DNA of 33,548 nucleotides, taken from assembly GCA_030654105.1 (NCBI GenBank), contig JAURYC010000137.1, forward strand, positions 1 to 33,548. Reading direction: 5' to 3'. A program made the position numbers and the translations under genes. How positions within the stretch are numbered: position 1 is the stretch's first letter; each line of letters starts with the position of its first letter. This DNA comes from Deltaproteobacteria bacterium (GTDB lineage Bacteria; Desulfobacterota; SM23-61). The notes under the pieces are model-generated. The model was not told where the DNA came from and searched no databases. It saw nothing but the letters and a program-made list of their open reading frames with translations. Positions 17,374 to 26,633 of this stretch are shown in pieces.

Positions 17374-18270
17374 ATGACGCAGATCAAAAAAGTTGGCGTA
17401 GTCGGGCTGGGAACTTTGGGAACCCAAATTGCCATTCAAGCCGCTCATTATGGATATGATGTCAAGGGCTACGATCAGGACCCGGAGATTTTTCAGCAGA
17501 CCATTCAGAAAATCCGGCGAATGATGAAGTTTTTAGGGAAAAGCCCTACCATGCCTGTGGAGGAGTGGGAAAAGGCAGCTCAAAAGGTCAAGCTGGCCAA
17601 AGATATGGGTGAAGCTTTGCAAGCAGCAGATCTGGTGATCGAGGTTGTGCCGGAAAACCTGGAGCTGAAGCGAAAAATATTTGCTCAGATCGATTCCCTG
17701 GCTCCCCCCGAGGCAATTCTGGCCACGAACAGCTCTTCCATCCCCATCTCCAGGATCGAAAATGCAACCCAGAGGCCGGAAAAATGCCTCAATATTCACT
17801 TCTATGCACCGGCCACCAGCACAAATATCGTTGATGTCATGGGTGGCGCCAAAACCTCCCCTGAGGTGATCGAAACGGCAAAACAATTTATCCGTTCCAT
17901 CGGGTGCATTCCCCTGACGGTGAAAAAAGAAATTTTAGGCTTCTGTTTCAACAGCGTATGGCGAGCGATTAAGAAACAGACCCTTTACATGTGGGCCGGA
18001 GGATTCGTCGACTTCCGCGATATCGACCGGGCCTGGATGGTCTTTACCCAAATGACCCAGGGCCCATTCGGCATAATGGACATGGTGGGGCTGGACGTGG
18101 TCTACGACATCGAAATGTCTTACTACAACGAATCCAAGGACCCCAAAGATCGTCCTCCCCAGGCCCTTAAGGACATGATCGACCGCAAAAAACTGGGGGT
18201 CAAGACCGGCAAAGGTTTTTACACTTATCCCGAGCCGGAATTCACCAGGCCGGATTTTCTGCAAGGATAA
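17374..18270 (+). CDS. 3-hydroxyacyl-CoA (3-hydroxybutyryl-CoA) dehydrogenase family protein
   Basis: KKVGVVGLGTLGTQIAIQAA Rossmann motif, VIEVVPENLELKRKIF, ATNSSSIPIS, HFYAPA, and a C-terminal helical domain with GPFGIMDMVGLD. SD AAAGGAGG upstream. Confidence 0.85.
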   Translation: MTQIKKVGVVGLGTLGTQIAIQAAHYGYDVKGYDQDPEIFQQTIQKIRRMMKFLGKSPTMPVEEWEKAAQKVKLAKDMGEALQAADLVIEVVPENLELKRKIFAQIDSLAPPEAILATNSSSIPISRIENATQRPEKCLNIHFYAPATSTNIVDVMGGAKTSPEVIETAKQFIRSIGCIPLTVKKEILGFCFNSVWRAIKKQTLYMWAGGFVDFRDIDRAWMVFTQMTQGPFGIMDMVGLDVVYDIEMSYYNESKDPKDRPPQALKDMIDRKKLGVKTGKGFYTYPEPEFTRPDFLQG

Positions 18271-18325
18271 AGGTGCAGAGCGCAAAAGGCATAGCGCAGG
18301 GCGAAAATAAGAAATTTAGTTGGAA

Positions 18326-19387
18326 TCAATCTCCTTTCCCTTCCAAGGAGGCAAACTCTTTCAGCAGCTCTTTCTGGCGCTTGTTCAATTTGGTAGGGAC
18401 CTTGACCAAGATATGGATATGCTGGTCGCCTCTTCCGAAACTGTCCAAATGAGCAATTCCCTGGCCCCGTAAAGTGAAGACATGGCCACTCTGGGAGCCG
18501 GGGGGGATGGAAAGCTTCTTGGACCCATTCAGAGAGGGAATCTCAATTTCTGCCCCCAGGGCGGCCTGGGTGAAAGAAATAGGAATCTGGCAGAGAATAT
18601 CGTCGCCATGGCGTTCAAAAAAAGAGTGGGGTTCTACATGTAATATTACGTAGAGGTCCCCCCGCCGCCCGCCCCGTTCGCCTTCCCCCCCTTCTCCGTA
18701 AACCTTAACACGACTCCCTGTATCTACTCCAGCAGGGATTTTGATGGATATTTTTTTAGATTTTTTGACCTTCCCGGTACCCCGGCATTCTGAACACGGA
18801 TGGGGAATGAAAAATCCCTGACCGTGGCAGCGTGAGCAAGTGGTGCGAAGGGTAAAAAAACCTTGGGAATGGGTAATTTGTCCGCTTCCATGACAAGCGG
18901 CGCAAGTCTCTTTCTTGGTTCCCGGCTGGATACCCGTTCCTTTGCAGGTACTACAAGATTCAGGGCGTTCGATTTCAAATTCCGTCTCTTTGCCCAGGGC
19001 TGCATCCATAAAGGAAATCGTTAAATCGTAACGAAAGTCCGGCCCTTTCCGGGGGCCGGCGGATCGGCTACGCCCTGTACCAAAGCCGAAAAAATCCTCG
19101 AAAATATCGCCGAAACTGGTAAGGATGTCTTCAAAACCGGTAAACCCGGAGAATCCCATCTTCCGGATACCTTCATGGCCATAACGATCGTAGAGGTCTC
19201 TTTTCTCTGGGTCCCGAAGAACCTCATAGGCCTCTGAAGCTTCTTTGAACTTTTCCTCGGCCTCCTTACTTCCTGGGTTTCGATCGGGATGATACTGAAG
19301 GGCTAACTGGCGATAGGCTTTTTTAATCTCGGCCTCCTGGGCATTCCGTGGCACTCCCAGGATTTCGTAATAGTCTCTTTTAACCAT
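18326..19387 (-). CDS. dnaJ: Molecular chaperone DnaJ (type I)
   Basis: J-domain DYYEILGV...YHPDRNP (HPD), a G/F-rich linker and four CxxCxGxG zinc-finger repeats ([32 protein letters not shown]). Confidence 0.95.
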   Translation of the reverse strand: MVKRDYYEILGVPRNAQEAEIKKAYRQLALQYHPDRNPGSKEAEEKFKEASEAYEVLRDPEKRDLYDRYGHEGIRKMGFSGFTGFEDILTSFGDIFEDFFGFGTGRSRSAGPRKGPDFRYDLTISFMDAALGKETEFEIERPESCSTCKGTGIQPGTKKETCAACHGSGQITHSQGFFTLRTTCSRCHGQGFFIPHPCSECRGTGKVKKSKKISIKIPAGVDTGSRVKVYGEGGEGERGGRRGDLYVILHVEPHSFFERHGDDILCQIPISFTQAALGAEIEIPSLNGSKKLSIPPGSQSGHVFTLRGQGIAHLDSFGRGDQHIHILVKVPTKLNKRQKELLKEFASLEGKGD

Positions 19388-19415
19388 AAATCCTTGGCAA
19401 TCTCCTTTTGAATGA

Positions 19416-19443
19416 ATATTAGCATTTTAAGGCTCAATGTCAA
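19416..19443 (-). promoter_or_regulatory. Sigma70-like promoter for dnaJ
   Basis: Minus strand reads TTGACA (19443-19438), a 16-nt spacer, then TAATAT (19421-19416), about 30 nt upstream of ATG 19387. SD AAGGAG lies in between. Confidence 0.45.
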
Positions 19444-19609
19444 GTTGGGGGAAATATTTCCCCCGTTTTCGGCTTTGTTTTATCCCCGTTAAAATTCGCC
19501 ATTGGGTAAGGAAATAAATTCCTTTCCGCAGCTTGGGAAGGCTGGCAATAGGGCCAATTCTTACAGGCAATCTTCCCAGGGAAGAGAAACGACGCGGGAA
19601 GTAAAGACT

Positions 19610-20215
19610 TCAAGTTATTTTGACGACGATGTCGCCAATCAGGTTGGCCGCTTCGTCGCCGCGGTCGGCGGCATTGGAAAGATGGCGGTAGATTTCGCGC
19701 ATCTTGAGCATGTAAACCGTGTCGGTGCCCTTGAAAAGGTTGGCCAGGGCCCGATGATAGGCTTTCTCCATTTCATTCTCGTAGGCTTTCGCCTTGGTGG
19801 CATGCTCTAAAGCAATATTGGGGTATTTCTGGATTAAGCGGATGGCATCCTTCAGCTCCCGAGCGGCTTTGCGGAGAATGTCAATCATCTCAACGATGAA
19901 AGGATTCGGGTTCACCTCGTAAATTTCCATTTCGTCCACGGTTCGATCGGCATAATCCATAACGTCATCAATGGCCCGGGAAAGGGAAAAGATATCTTCC
20001 CGATCAAAGGGGGTAACGAAGGTTTGGTTGAGTTCCTCAATGAGGATACGCCGCAGTTCATCGGCCTCCTGCTCAATTTCCTTCACTTTCCCCCTTTTTT
20101 CCCCATCAGCTCCTTCAGCCCAAACGTAAAGAGCATCGAGCCCTTCCAGGACCTTATCGGCTTGAGCGTGGAGTAGCACACAAAAGTCACATTTCTTTTT
20201 CCGAAACCACGGCAT
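19610..20215 (-). CDS. DUF47/PhoU-like phosphate transport regulator (TIGR00153-type)
   Basis: 201-aa helical protein with ...EADELRRILIEELNQTFVTPFDREDIFSLSRAIDDVMDYA... and ...LKMREIYRHLSNAADRGDEAANLIGDIVVK. It is adjacent to a PiT transporter, the usual partner. Confidence 0.8.
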   Translation of the reverse strand: MPWFRKKKCDFCVLLHAQADKVLEGLDALYVWAEGADGEKRGKVKEIEQEADELRRILIEELNQTFVTPFDREDIFSLSRAIDDVMDYADRTVDEMEIYEVNPNPFIVEMIDILRKAARELKDAIRLIQKYPNIALEHATKAKAYENEMEKAYHRALANLFKGTDTVYMLKMREIYRHLSNAADRGDEAANLIGDIVVKIT

Positions 20216-20287
20216 TTCAGATTCCTTTTCTTGGATTATTTCCTGAATGATATTGTAGGCTGAGATGCGTAACCTGTCCAGAATATT

Positions 20288-21328
20288 TTATATCCATCTT
20301 CTAATAAAGATAAGAATCAAAGCTGATAGGATAGCTGCCCCAGGTATGGTTATGATCCAGGTGAAAAAGATTTGTCGGCCAACCCCCCAACGTACGGACC
20401 CGAGACCTTGAGCAGACCCTGCTCCCAGGATTGAGGAAGAGACAATCTGGGTGGTGCTCACCGGAAAACCAAAGATAGAGGAGAGGTAAATGATTACCGA
20501 AGAACAAGCTTGGGCACTGAATCCATGGATAGGCCTCACCTTATAAAGCTTCGTTCCCAGAGTTTTCATGATCCGCCAGCCTCCCGAGCTCACCCCTAAG
20601 GCAAGGGCCAGGGAGCAAGCCAGGATGACCCATAAAGGTACATAGAAAGCATACCCTGGCAATGGCTGGTATATTTTACTGATCGTCTCCGGGGAAATTT
20701 TGTGGAAGATAATGAGAGCAAGACTAATAATCCCCATGCCCTTTTGGGCGTCGTTGGATCCGTGACTCAAGCCTAAGGTGATCGAGGTCAGAATTTGCAA
20801 TCTTTTAAGGAGGTAGTTGGCTTTGGTGGGTTTGAAATTTTCGAAAAGATCGAGAATTTTTTTGGTCACGTAATGACCGGCAATTAATCCCAAAACGGGG
20901 GTGAGGATGAGAATTCCCAAAACCTCCAAAACCTTACCCCAATGGATCATATGAAGACCGGAGCCCATCGCCACGGCCCCTATAAGTCCGCCAATCAGGG
21001 CATGAGAGGAACTAGAAGGCATTCCAAAAAACCAATTTCCCAAGTTCCATAGAATGGCCCCAATAATAGCGGAGAATATGGCGGCCAGGGAAATGTCTTG
21101 GGGACTTACGATCCCCTTGCCTAAAGTGTGGGCAACGGCCGTTCCCAAAAACAATGCCCCGATTAATTCGAAGAAAGCTATGATCAAGAGAACTTTGCGA
21201 GGCTCCATGGCCCCAGTGATGACCGAGGTGACCACCAGAGTGGCCGAGTCGTTCAGCCCGTTGCTGAATTCGAAGAGAAGAATAATGGCAATCAACCCAA
21301 AAACGATGATCAGAGCGTGGGCTTCCAA
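20288..21328 (-). CDS. Inorganic phosphate transporter, PiT (PHO4) family
   Basis: Polytopic membrane protein with the duplicated PiT signature (FEFSNGLNDSA and LSHGSNDAQKGMG). Start moved to TTG 21328 (M/L-EAHALIIVFG...), with GGAG about 12 nt upstream. The longer track ORF (to 21445) overlaps the glpC 3' end by 113 nt and adds an Arg/Cys-rich non-membrane N-terminus. Confidence 0.85.
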   Translation of the reverse strand: MEAHALIIVFGLIAIILLFEFSNGLNDSATLVVTSVITGAMEPRKVLLIIAFFELIGALFLGTAVAHTLGKGIVSPQDISLAAIFSAIIGAILWNLGNWFFGMPSSSSHALIGGLIGAVAMGSGLHMIHWGKVLEVLGILILTPVLGLIAGHYVTKKILDLFENFKPTKANYLLKRLQILTSITLGLSHGSNDAQKGMGIISLALIIFHKISPETISKIYQPLPGYAFYVPLWVILACSLALALGVSSGGWRIMKTLGTKLYKVRPIHGFSAQACSSVIIYLSSIFGFPVSTTQIVSSSILGAGSAQGLGSVRWGVGRQIFFTWIITIPGAAILSALILIFIRRWI

Positions 21329-21332
21329 AATT

Positions 21333-22517
21333 TTACTCTCCGTAAGCCTGGCGGAGGATCTGCGCAGGATGAAAGGTTTGCACGCCGGTTTGACTCCCAA
21401 TCTGCATGCGGCACGCTTCACAATCTGAAATAACCTTTTGGACATTCCATTGGCGGATCACCTGGAAAATTTCCTCCCCCACTTCCCGGGCCACCGCGTA
21501 TTTTTCCCGCTTCAACCCGTACGTTCCCGCCAAACCACAACACCCTTCAGGGAGTTCCATGACTTTCAGACCGGGAATGAGGGAGAGCAGTTCTAAGGCC
21601 GGCAGACCTACTTGTAAGGCGCGAAGATGACAGGGGACATGGTAATAATAGGTCTCCTTTATTTCCCGAAAGTCTGTCTTCAGTTGGCCATCTTCATGCA
21701 ATTGGAGCAAGAATTGGGATATTTCATAAAGATTTTCAGCCACGGCGGATGCCCCTGGGAGGTGCAGGATGTCTTTATATTCCTGGCTTAAAGTCATGCC
21801 GCAACTTGGCGAAGAAAAGACAATCTCTACCCCATCTTCGACCGTTTTCTGCAAAGCCTTTAGATTTTTCTCCCCCATTCTGGCGGCCAAAGTAAAAAAC
21901 CCATTACTGATCAAGGGAAGCCCACAACATTCTTGCTGAGGCAGGAAGACTTGGAACCCGTTCTTTTCCAGAATTTCTACTACGCTCCGCCCCAGGGAAG
22001 GTTCGATATAATTGGTATAGCAGCCGTAGAAATAAGCAAGGGGCTTCCCTTTTACCAGCTTCCTTGAATGGAACCATTGGGCAAAGGTCTGGTGATGGAA
22101 GGATGGCATTTTTGCCCGGCGATCAATTCCCAGGCCGCGGTCCAAAAGCCAGCGGAAAAAAGCCCACCCATTGATCCAATTAGAAAGGGGTGCCCCCCAG
22201 CTTCCTAACTTTTCCAGGAGATAAGCATGGCCAAGGAGCCAGTCCCTGAAAGAAGGCTTCTGGGTTTTACCTAAGGTTAGGCGGGAACGAACCTGCAGCT
22301 CTGGAATGGGTACATTATGGGGGCAGACCCGTTCGCAAATTTTGCAGTAATCGCAGAATTCGAGCCATTCCGCAGGAATGTTTTTTCCCTCAAGGCGGAA
22401 ACGTTCAGCATCGGGACCGGCGAGTTTAGGGCCTGGAAAAAGGCCTGTGGCCTTCAACACTGGACAATAGGCGTTGCAGATGGAGCATTTGATACACTGA
22501 TCAATGTCGGATTTCAT
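21333..22517 (-). CDS. glpC: Anaerobic glycerol-3-phosphate dehydrogenase subunit C (Fe-S/CCG-domain protein)
   Basis: Two ferredoxin-type clusters (CIKCSICNAYCP, CDYCKICERVCP) and two CCG motifs (QECCGLP, EGCCGLAG). The N-terminus parallels E. coli GlpC. It follows glpA-glpB. Confidence 0.82.
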   Translation of the reverse strand: MKSDIDQCIKCSICNAYCPVLKATGLFPGPKLAGPDAERFRLEGKNIPAEWLEFCDYCKICERVCPHNVPIPELQVRSRLTLGKTQKPSFRDWLLGHAYLLEKLGSWGAPLSNWINGWAFFRWLLDRGLGIDRRAKMPSFHHQTFAQWFHSRKLVKGKPLAYFYGCYTNYIEPSLGRSVVEILEKNGFQVFLPQQECCGLPLISNGFFTLAARMGEKNLKALQKTVEDGVEIVFSSPSCGMTLSQEYKDILHLPGASAVAENLYEISQFLLQLHEDGQLKTDFREIKETYYYHVPCHLRALQVGLPALELLSLIPGLKVMELPEGCCGLAGTYGLKREKYAVAREVGEEIFQVIRQWNVQKVISDCEACRMQIGSQTGVQTFHPAQILRQAYGE

Positions 22518-22601
22518 AGAACGAAATGTTTTGCCACAGAGATCACCGAGGGCACAAAGGAAAGATCCAAAAATTCATTTTTTTGATAGTTATTTAGCAT
22601 T

Positions 22602-23942
22602 TTAATCTTTCGGTTTTAATCCCATCTCTGTGATCTCTGTGTTCTCTGTGGTGAATTTATTTTTGCCGGCAAATCCAGCAGCCAGTTTCCCTGCCAGGTA
22701 TCCCGTAGAGATGGCTATGCCACCTCCAGATTTTTCTGACATGGAATCTCCATGGGCGATGATCGCTCCTGCCGCAAAGAGGTTGGAATAGATGACCCGG
22801 CCTTCTGGATCCACGGGCTGAAGGTTTTCATTCACTTCCACCCCGAAACAGTTGAAAGGTTGGCCTTCAGCAGCCAGGAGGCGGGGCTTGAACCATTCCC
22901 TGCGGTTCTTCGGATATTTTATAGGAAGATCGAGAAGCGTCTCAAAAATTCTTCCCCGGTCCGAATCAAGCCCCCCCCCGACAAATTTTCCGGTAGCCAG
23001 AACAATGGCCGAAGCCTTGTAAATCGGGCTTTTCTTGGAAAAGCCGAGGGCAAAGCCGAGAAGGCGTTTGGACTCTTTGCGGGGGTCTAACGTTGAAAGC
23101 CCCAAAATAATGCGCACGCCTTTTCCTTGAAGGTATATTTGCAGCTTACGGAAAAGGCGGATGCCGGGAACTGAAGGAGGGGGCATGGGAATTTCAAAGA
23201 CGTTGGCCTGAAGCTTTTTTTTCAAGTCCGCCAGAACCTGACCCGGAGAATGAAAACCCAAGACAGCCGGGAGGGCCAGCCTATCACCTGATTTTAGAAG
23301 GGGTCGGACAATTTTTATGAACGCATTGCGGAAATCTTCGCCGTCAAAAGCCCTGGCCAGGTTAAGTCCGTTCATCGCTTTTCCACCCAGATCCAACTTT
23401 TCCAGGACCTCAGCCCTAAAAGAGGAGGCGATTTTCCCCTGAGAATGCAAAATATTTAGATTTTCAGCGGCTAAAAATGGAAAGAAGTCTTTAAGGCCCC
23501 TAAAACCGAGGAGGAGAACAGGGCCAGGAATAGAAAGGTTTCCTTGGTTCATCGTTTCCGGAACCAAACAGGTCGGATGGTACGTGCCCAGCGGGGTGGG
23601 AATCAGCAGGGTAGAAGCAAAAGTTCCAGAATAGGGCAACCCGATAACCTGACCAAGTTCCTGGAAATGGGCCATCGCGAGCATGATCTTTTCCTGGCCT
23701 ACAATGGCATAGGGATGATAAGGATGGTCCTCCTTCAGTTGGGGTAAAGCACTTAGAGGAGAGGAAAGAGGAATATTTGTGGTCCTCGGGAAATATCCCA
23801 GGCCGTCGATACATCCAGTGGTCAAGGGTAATGAGCCCATGCCTCGAGCTAAAACCAAAACACGGGCTCCCTGGCTTTGGGCAGCCTCTGCAGCCATGAG
23901 CCCTGCCAGCCCAGCACCAATGACAATAACATCGTAAAACAT
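22602..23942 (-). CDS. glpB: Anaerobic glycerol-3-phosphate dehydrogenase subunit B
   Basis: FAD dinucleotide fold YDVIVIGAGLAGLMAAEAA. Its ATG lies 2 nt after the glpA stop. Size and order match glpABC. Confidence 0.75.
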   Translation of the reverse strand: MFYDVIVIGAGLAGLMAAEAAQSQGARVLVLARGMGSLPLTTGCIDGLGYFPRTTNIPLSSPLSALPQLKEDHPYHPYAIVGQEKIMLAMAHFQELGQVIGLPYSGTFASTLLIPTPLGTYHPTCLVPETMNQGNLSIPGPVLLLGFRGLKDFFPFLAAENLNILHSQGKIASSFRAEVLEKLDLGGKAMNGLNLARAFDGEDFRNAFIKIVRPLLKSGDRLALPAVLGFHSPGQVLADLKKKLQANVFEIPMPPPSVPGIRLFRKLQIYLQGKGVRIILGLSTLDPRKESKRLLGFALGFSKKSPIYKASAIVLATGKFVGGGLDSDRGRIFETLLDLPIKYPKNRREWFKPRLLAAEGQPFNCFGVEVNENLQPVDPEGRVIYSNLFAAGAIIAHGDSMSEKSGGGIAISTGYLAGKLAAGFAGKNKFTTENTEITEMGLKPKD

Positions 23943-23944
23943 AA

Positions 23945-25489
23945 TTAAAAATGGTCCAGGTTAAAGAGCTCGGTATACAAAGCCTGGATTAACTGTTCTT
24001 CTCTAAGCTGAGGTCCCCACATCACAGGTCGGGTTCCTTTCCAACGTTCTTCCAGGAAGCGTTTTAAGATGGGGAGGGACGTTCCCGGAGGGATTTTTCC
24101 TCCTTCTGATAATAGCGCAGTCAAACGGGGAGAGCAAAATCCACCCTGACAGGGACCCATACCGGCCCTTGTTCTTTCCTGGATTTCTTTCAAACTGGGA
24201 TAAGGTTGATTCCGGATCTCCTGGACAATTTCTCCTCTGGATACGAGTTCGCACTCGCAAAGAATCTCCCCAGTTTCCTGGAAAGATTGTGGAAGTCCAA
24301 TCTTCCGGAGTTTTGACCCTAAATCATGGAAGGTATATTCCTCCGGAAAAGGCAGGGGTTTTTCCGCGGTGGTGCAAGAAGTTTTCCTTCCCATTGCTTT
24401 GACGATTACATCCACAGTCCGTTCAGCCATCAGGCGGTAGGTGGTCAGCTTGCCCCCGACGATCGAAAACAGCCCCTTGATCTGGTCAGCTTCTCCGTGG
24501 TCCAGCAGAAGGAAATCACGACTGATCTTCCGACTATCTTCGCCTGCCTCCCGGGCTCCCATTAGCGGCCTGACGCCAGCGTAGGCCCGGATGGCCCTGG
24601 TAGAACTGACCTCCGGAAGAATGGTCTCCCCTTCAGAGAGAAGAAGGTCCACTTCCTCTTCCTCCGGGGATGGATCTTCGATTTCGGTAACAGTCTGCGA
24701 AGTTGTCCCGATGATCAGGGCTGGCCCATGGGGGACGAGGATATCGCCGTTGGAGGGAGGGCGGCAGCGGTTGATTACGGAATTTACCAGGCGCCGATTC
24801 AACACCACCAGGCTTCCTTTGGAGAAAAGGATATCCAGCGGAGCTCCGGCCATCCGGGCAACTCTTCCGGCCCAAACCCCCGCGGCATTGATGATAAAGC
24901 GGCAGGTAATGCGAAACTCTTCTCCTGTCTTGGCGTCAATGGCCTGCAAGCCATGAATGGTTCCATCCGCGGTGAAGATGGCTACAACCCGACGATGAGG
25001 AAAGAATTGTGCTCCCAGTCGTTCGGCCTCCTCCACATTGGAACGGATCAAACGGAAGGGGTCTATGGAAGCATCGGGTACATAAATAGCTCTATTTATC
25101 TTGGGAGAAAGAGCAGGCTCCTTCTGCAAAACTTCCGCTGGGGAAACTTCTTCTGCCGGGAGGTCAAGGCTGGCACAAGCCCTGAGAAGGTCATCCGCAT
25201 AATCCGGAGGGTCCTGGGGCAGAGCAAGAAAAAATCCCCCGGTCGGTTCGATGCAAGGGGAAGCGATCTTTTTTAATATTTTGTTTTCGGCAAGGCACTC
25301 CCGGGCCGAATCGGGATCATTCACCGCATACCTGGCCCCGCTGTGCAAGAGGCCATGGTTTCTTCCCGAGGTGCCGCTGGTGAGCTCTTCCTTCTCCAGG
25401 AGAACGGCATCGATTCCCCTGAGGGCAAGATCGCGGAGAACTCCCGCTCCCGTAGCTCCACCACCGATCACCACAACTTCAGTTTTCAT
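23945..25489 (-). CDS. glpA: Anaerobic glycerol-3-phosphate dehydrogenase subunit A (FAD; BFD-like 2Fe-2S domain)
   Basis: VVVIGGGATGAGVLRDLALRG, TSGRNHGLLHSGARY, and a C-terminal BFD-like Cys motif (LCECELVS ... GPCQGGFC). Confidence 0.87.
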   Translation of the reverse strand: MKTEVVVIGGGATGAGVLRDLALRGIDAVLLEKEELTSGTSGRNHGLLHSGARYAVNDPDSARECLAENKILKKIASPCIEPTGGFFLALPQDPPDYADDLLRACASLDLPAEEVSPAEVLQKEPALSPKINRAIYVPDASIDPFRLIRSNVEEAERLGAQFFPHRRVVAIFTADGTIHGLQAIDAKTGEEFRITCRFIINAAGVWAGRVARMAGAPLDILFSKGSLVVLNRRLVNSVINRCRPPSNGDILVPHGPALIIGTTSQTVTEIEDPSPEEEEVDLLLSEGETILPEVSSTRAIRAYAGVRPLMGAREAGEDSRKISRDFLLLDHGEADQIKGLFSIVGGKLTTYRLMAERTVDVIVKAMGRKTSCTTAEKPLPFPEEYTFHDLGSKLRKIGLPQSFQETGEILCECELVSRGEIVQEIRNQPYPSLKEIQERTRAGMGPCQGGFCSPRLTALLSEGGKIPPGTSLPILKRFLEERWKGTRPVMWGPQLREEQLIQALYTELFNLDHF

Positions 25490-25557
25490 AATAAATTAGC
25501 CCTCAGCAATCAGCTAACAGCAATTAAGCCATACTATTTTTTTCTGACAGCTGACTG

Positions 25558-26352
25558 CTATTTTATTATTTCCGCAACACTCTCCCAGATATAGTCGGGT
25601 TGCATGGGTGATTGCCATAAGGCTTCCCGGGTCGTGACCCCTGTGAGCACCAAAGCCGTGGCCATCCCCGCCTTTTTCCCCATGACCATATCCGTTTCCA
25701 GCCGGTCCCCCACGAGGAGGCAATCCTGGGAGTTCAAGTCCATAGCCTCCCCAGCGACCTGAATCATGATGTCCGACGGTTTACCTACGACGACTTCCAC
25801 CTTCTTGCCGGTCGCCCCTTCTACGGCCCCGATCATGGCCGCACAATCCGGTATTTCCCCCCCTTCCACCGGGCAAGTGCGGTCCGGGTTGGTGGCCACG
25901 AAATGAGCTCCTTTTTTAATGGCTTGGAGGGCGATGTTCAATTTTTGGTAATCAAAACTCCGGTCAAAGGAGGCGATAACATATTGCACTTCTTCCGGAT
26001 TCTCGCTAAGGTGGAACCCGCCGCGGGTCATCTCTTCGATAAGGGGGAGTTCTCCAATGATAAAGACCGTAGCCCCCGGTGCCCGCTGGGAGAGCCAGCG
26101 GGCCATGACGAAGGAAGAATTAATCACTTCTGCAGGTTCAGTTGGGATACCCAGGCGGGTCAGTTTGGCCGCATAATCTTCCCGAGTCTGCAAAGGCTTG
26201 TTGGAAAGATATACGATTTTTTTGGCCAATGATTTTAATTTTTCGATAGTTTCCCGGGCTCCGGGAATGAGCTTTTCTCCTCGATAAATCGTGCCGTCGA
26301 GATCAAAAATGTAGCCAGAAAAATTAAGGGCCCCCATGAAAAACCTTTTCAT
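25558..26352 (-). CDS. HAD-superfamily subfamily IIA phosphatase (NagD-like)
   Basis: Motif I YIFDLDGTIY, LSNK motif II context, GKP lysine motif and LVGDRLETDMV motif IV. The start could be ATG 26352 or ATG 26337. Confidence 0.8.
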   Translation of the reverse strand: MKRFFMGALNFSGYIFDLDGTIYRGEKLIPGARETIEKLKSLAKKIVYLSNKPLQTREDYAAKLTRLGIPTEPAEVINSSFVMARWLSQRAPGATVFIIGELPLIEEMTRGGFHLSENPEEVQYVIASFDRSFDYQKLNIALQAIKKGAHFVATNPDRTCPVEGGEIPDCAAMIGAVEGATGKKVEVVVGKPSDIMIQVAGEAMDLNSQDCLLVGDRLETDMVMGKKAGMATALVLTGVTTREALWQSPMQPDYIWESVAEIIK

Positions 26353-26532
26353 CTATAGAAATTATGTGCCGGCTTTCTGCTTTTAGATGGAAAAATATCG
26401 TTTTGGCTTTTTTATTCGACTGAAAGCCTTCCTCCGAGGGCTTTACCAATTTATGTGGGCAAGGCCCTTATTGTCAATGATAAAAATCCTTACTTTTAAG
26501 GGGCGGTTCAAAGACATTCAAAGACATTATTA

Positions 26533-26561
26533 TTGACATTCGATCCTCCCTAAGCTATTTT
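26533..26561 (+). promoter_or_regulatory. Sigma70-like promoter upstream of argH
   Basis: TTGACA (26533-26538), a 17-nt spacer, then TATTTT (26556-26561). This implies an argH leader of about 180 nt. Confidence 0.45.
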
Positions 26562-26633
26562 TACTCCATTTAGAACTTTCCAACATATAAAGGTATCTAC
26601 TATTCTATCGTAATAGGAATTTCCTTTTTTATC

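Noticed and set aside
19400-19445. Possible CIRCE heat-shock operator upstream of dnaJ (TTAGCATTT...).
   Set aside because: Only a partial left half-site is present, with no inverted GAGTGCTAA partner at 9-nt spacing. dnaJ standing without dnaK/grpE is common and is not treated as a finding.
21329-21445. Longer N-terminus for the PiT transporter (track ORF start 21445). The same issue applies to the long N-terminal extensions of the ORFs at 1745..2803, 2908..3771, 14893..15297, 15855..16280, 16240..17238 and 31483..33021.
   Set aside because: The extensions overlap upstream genes or promoter elements, lack SDs and add non-homologous residues. Internal starts with SDs reproduce the normal family N-termini.
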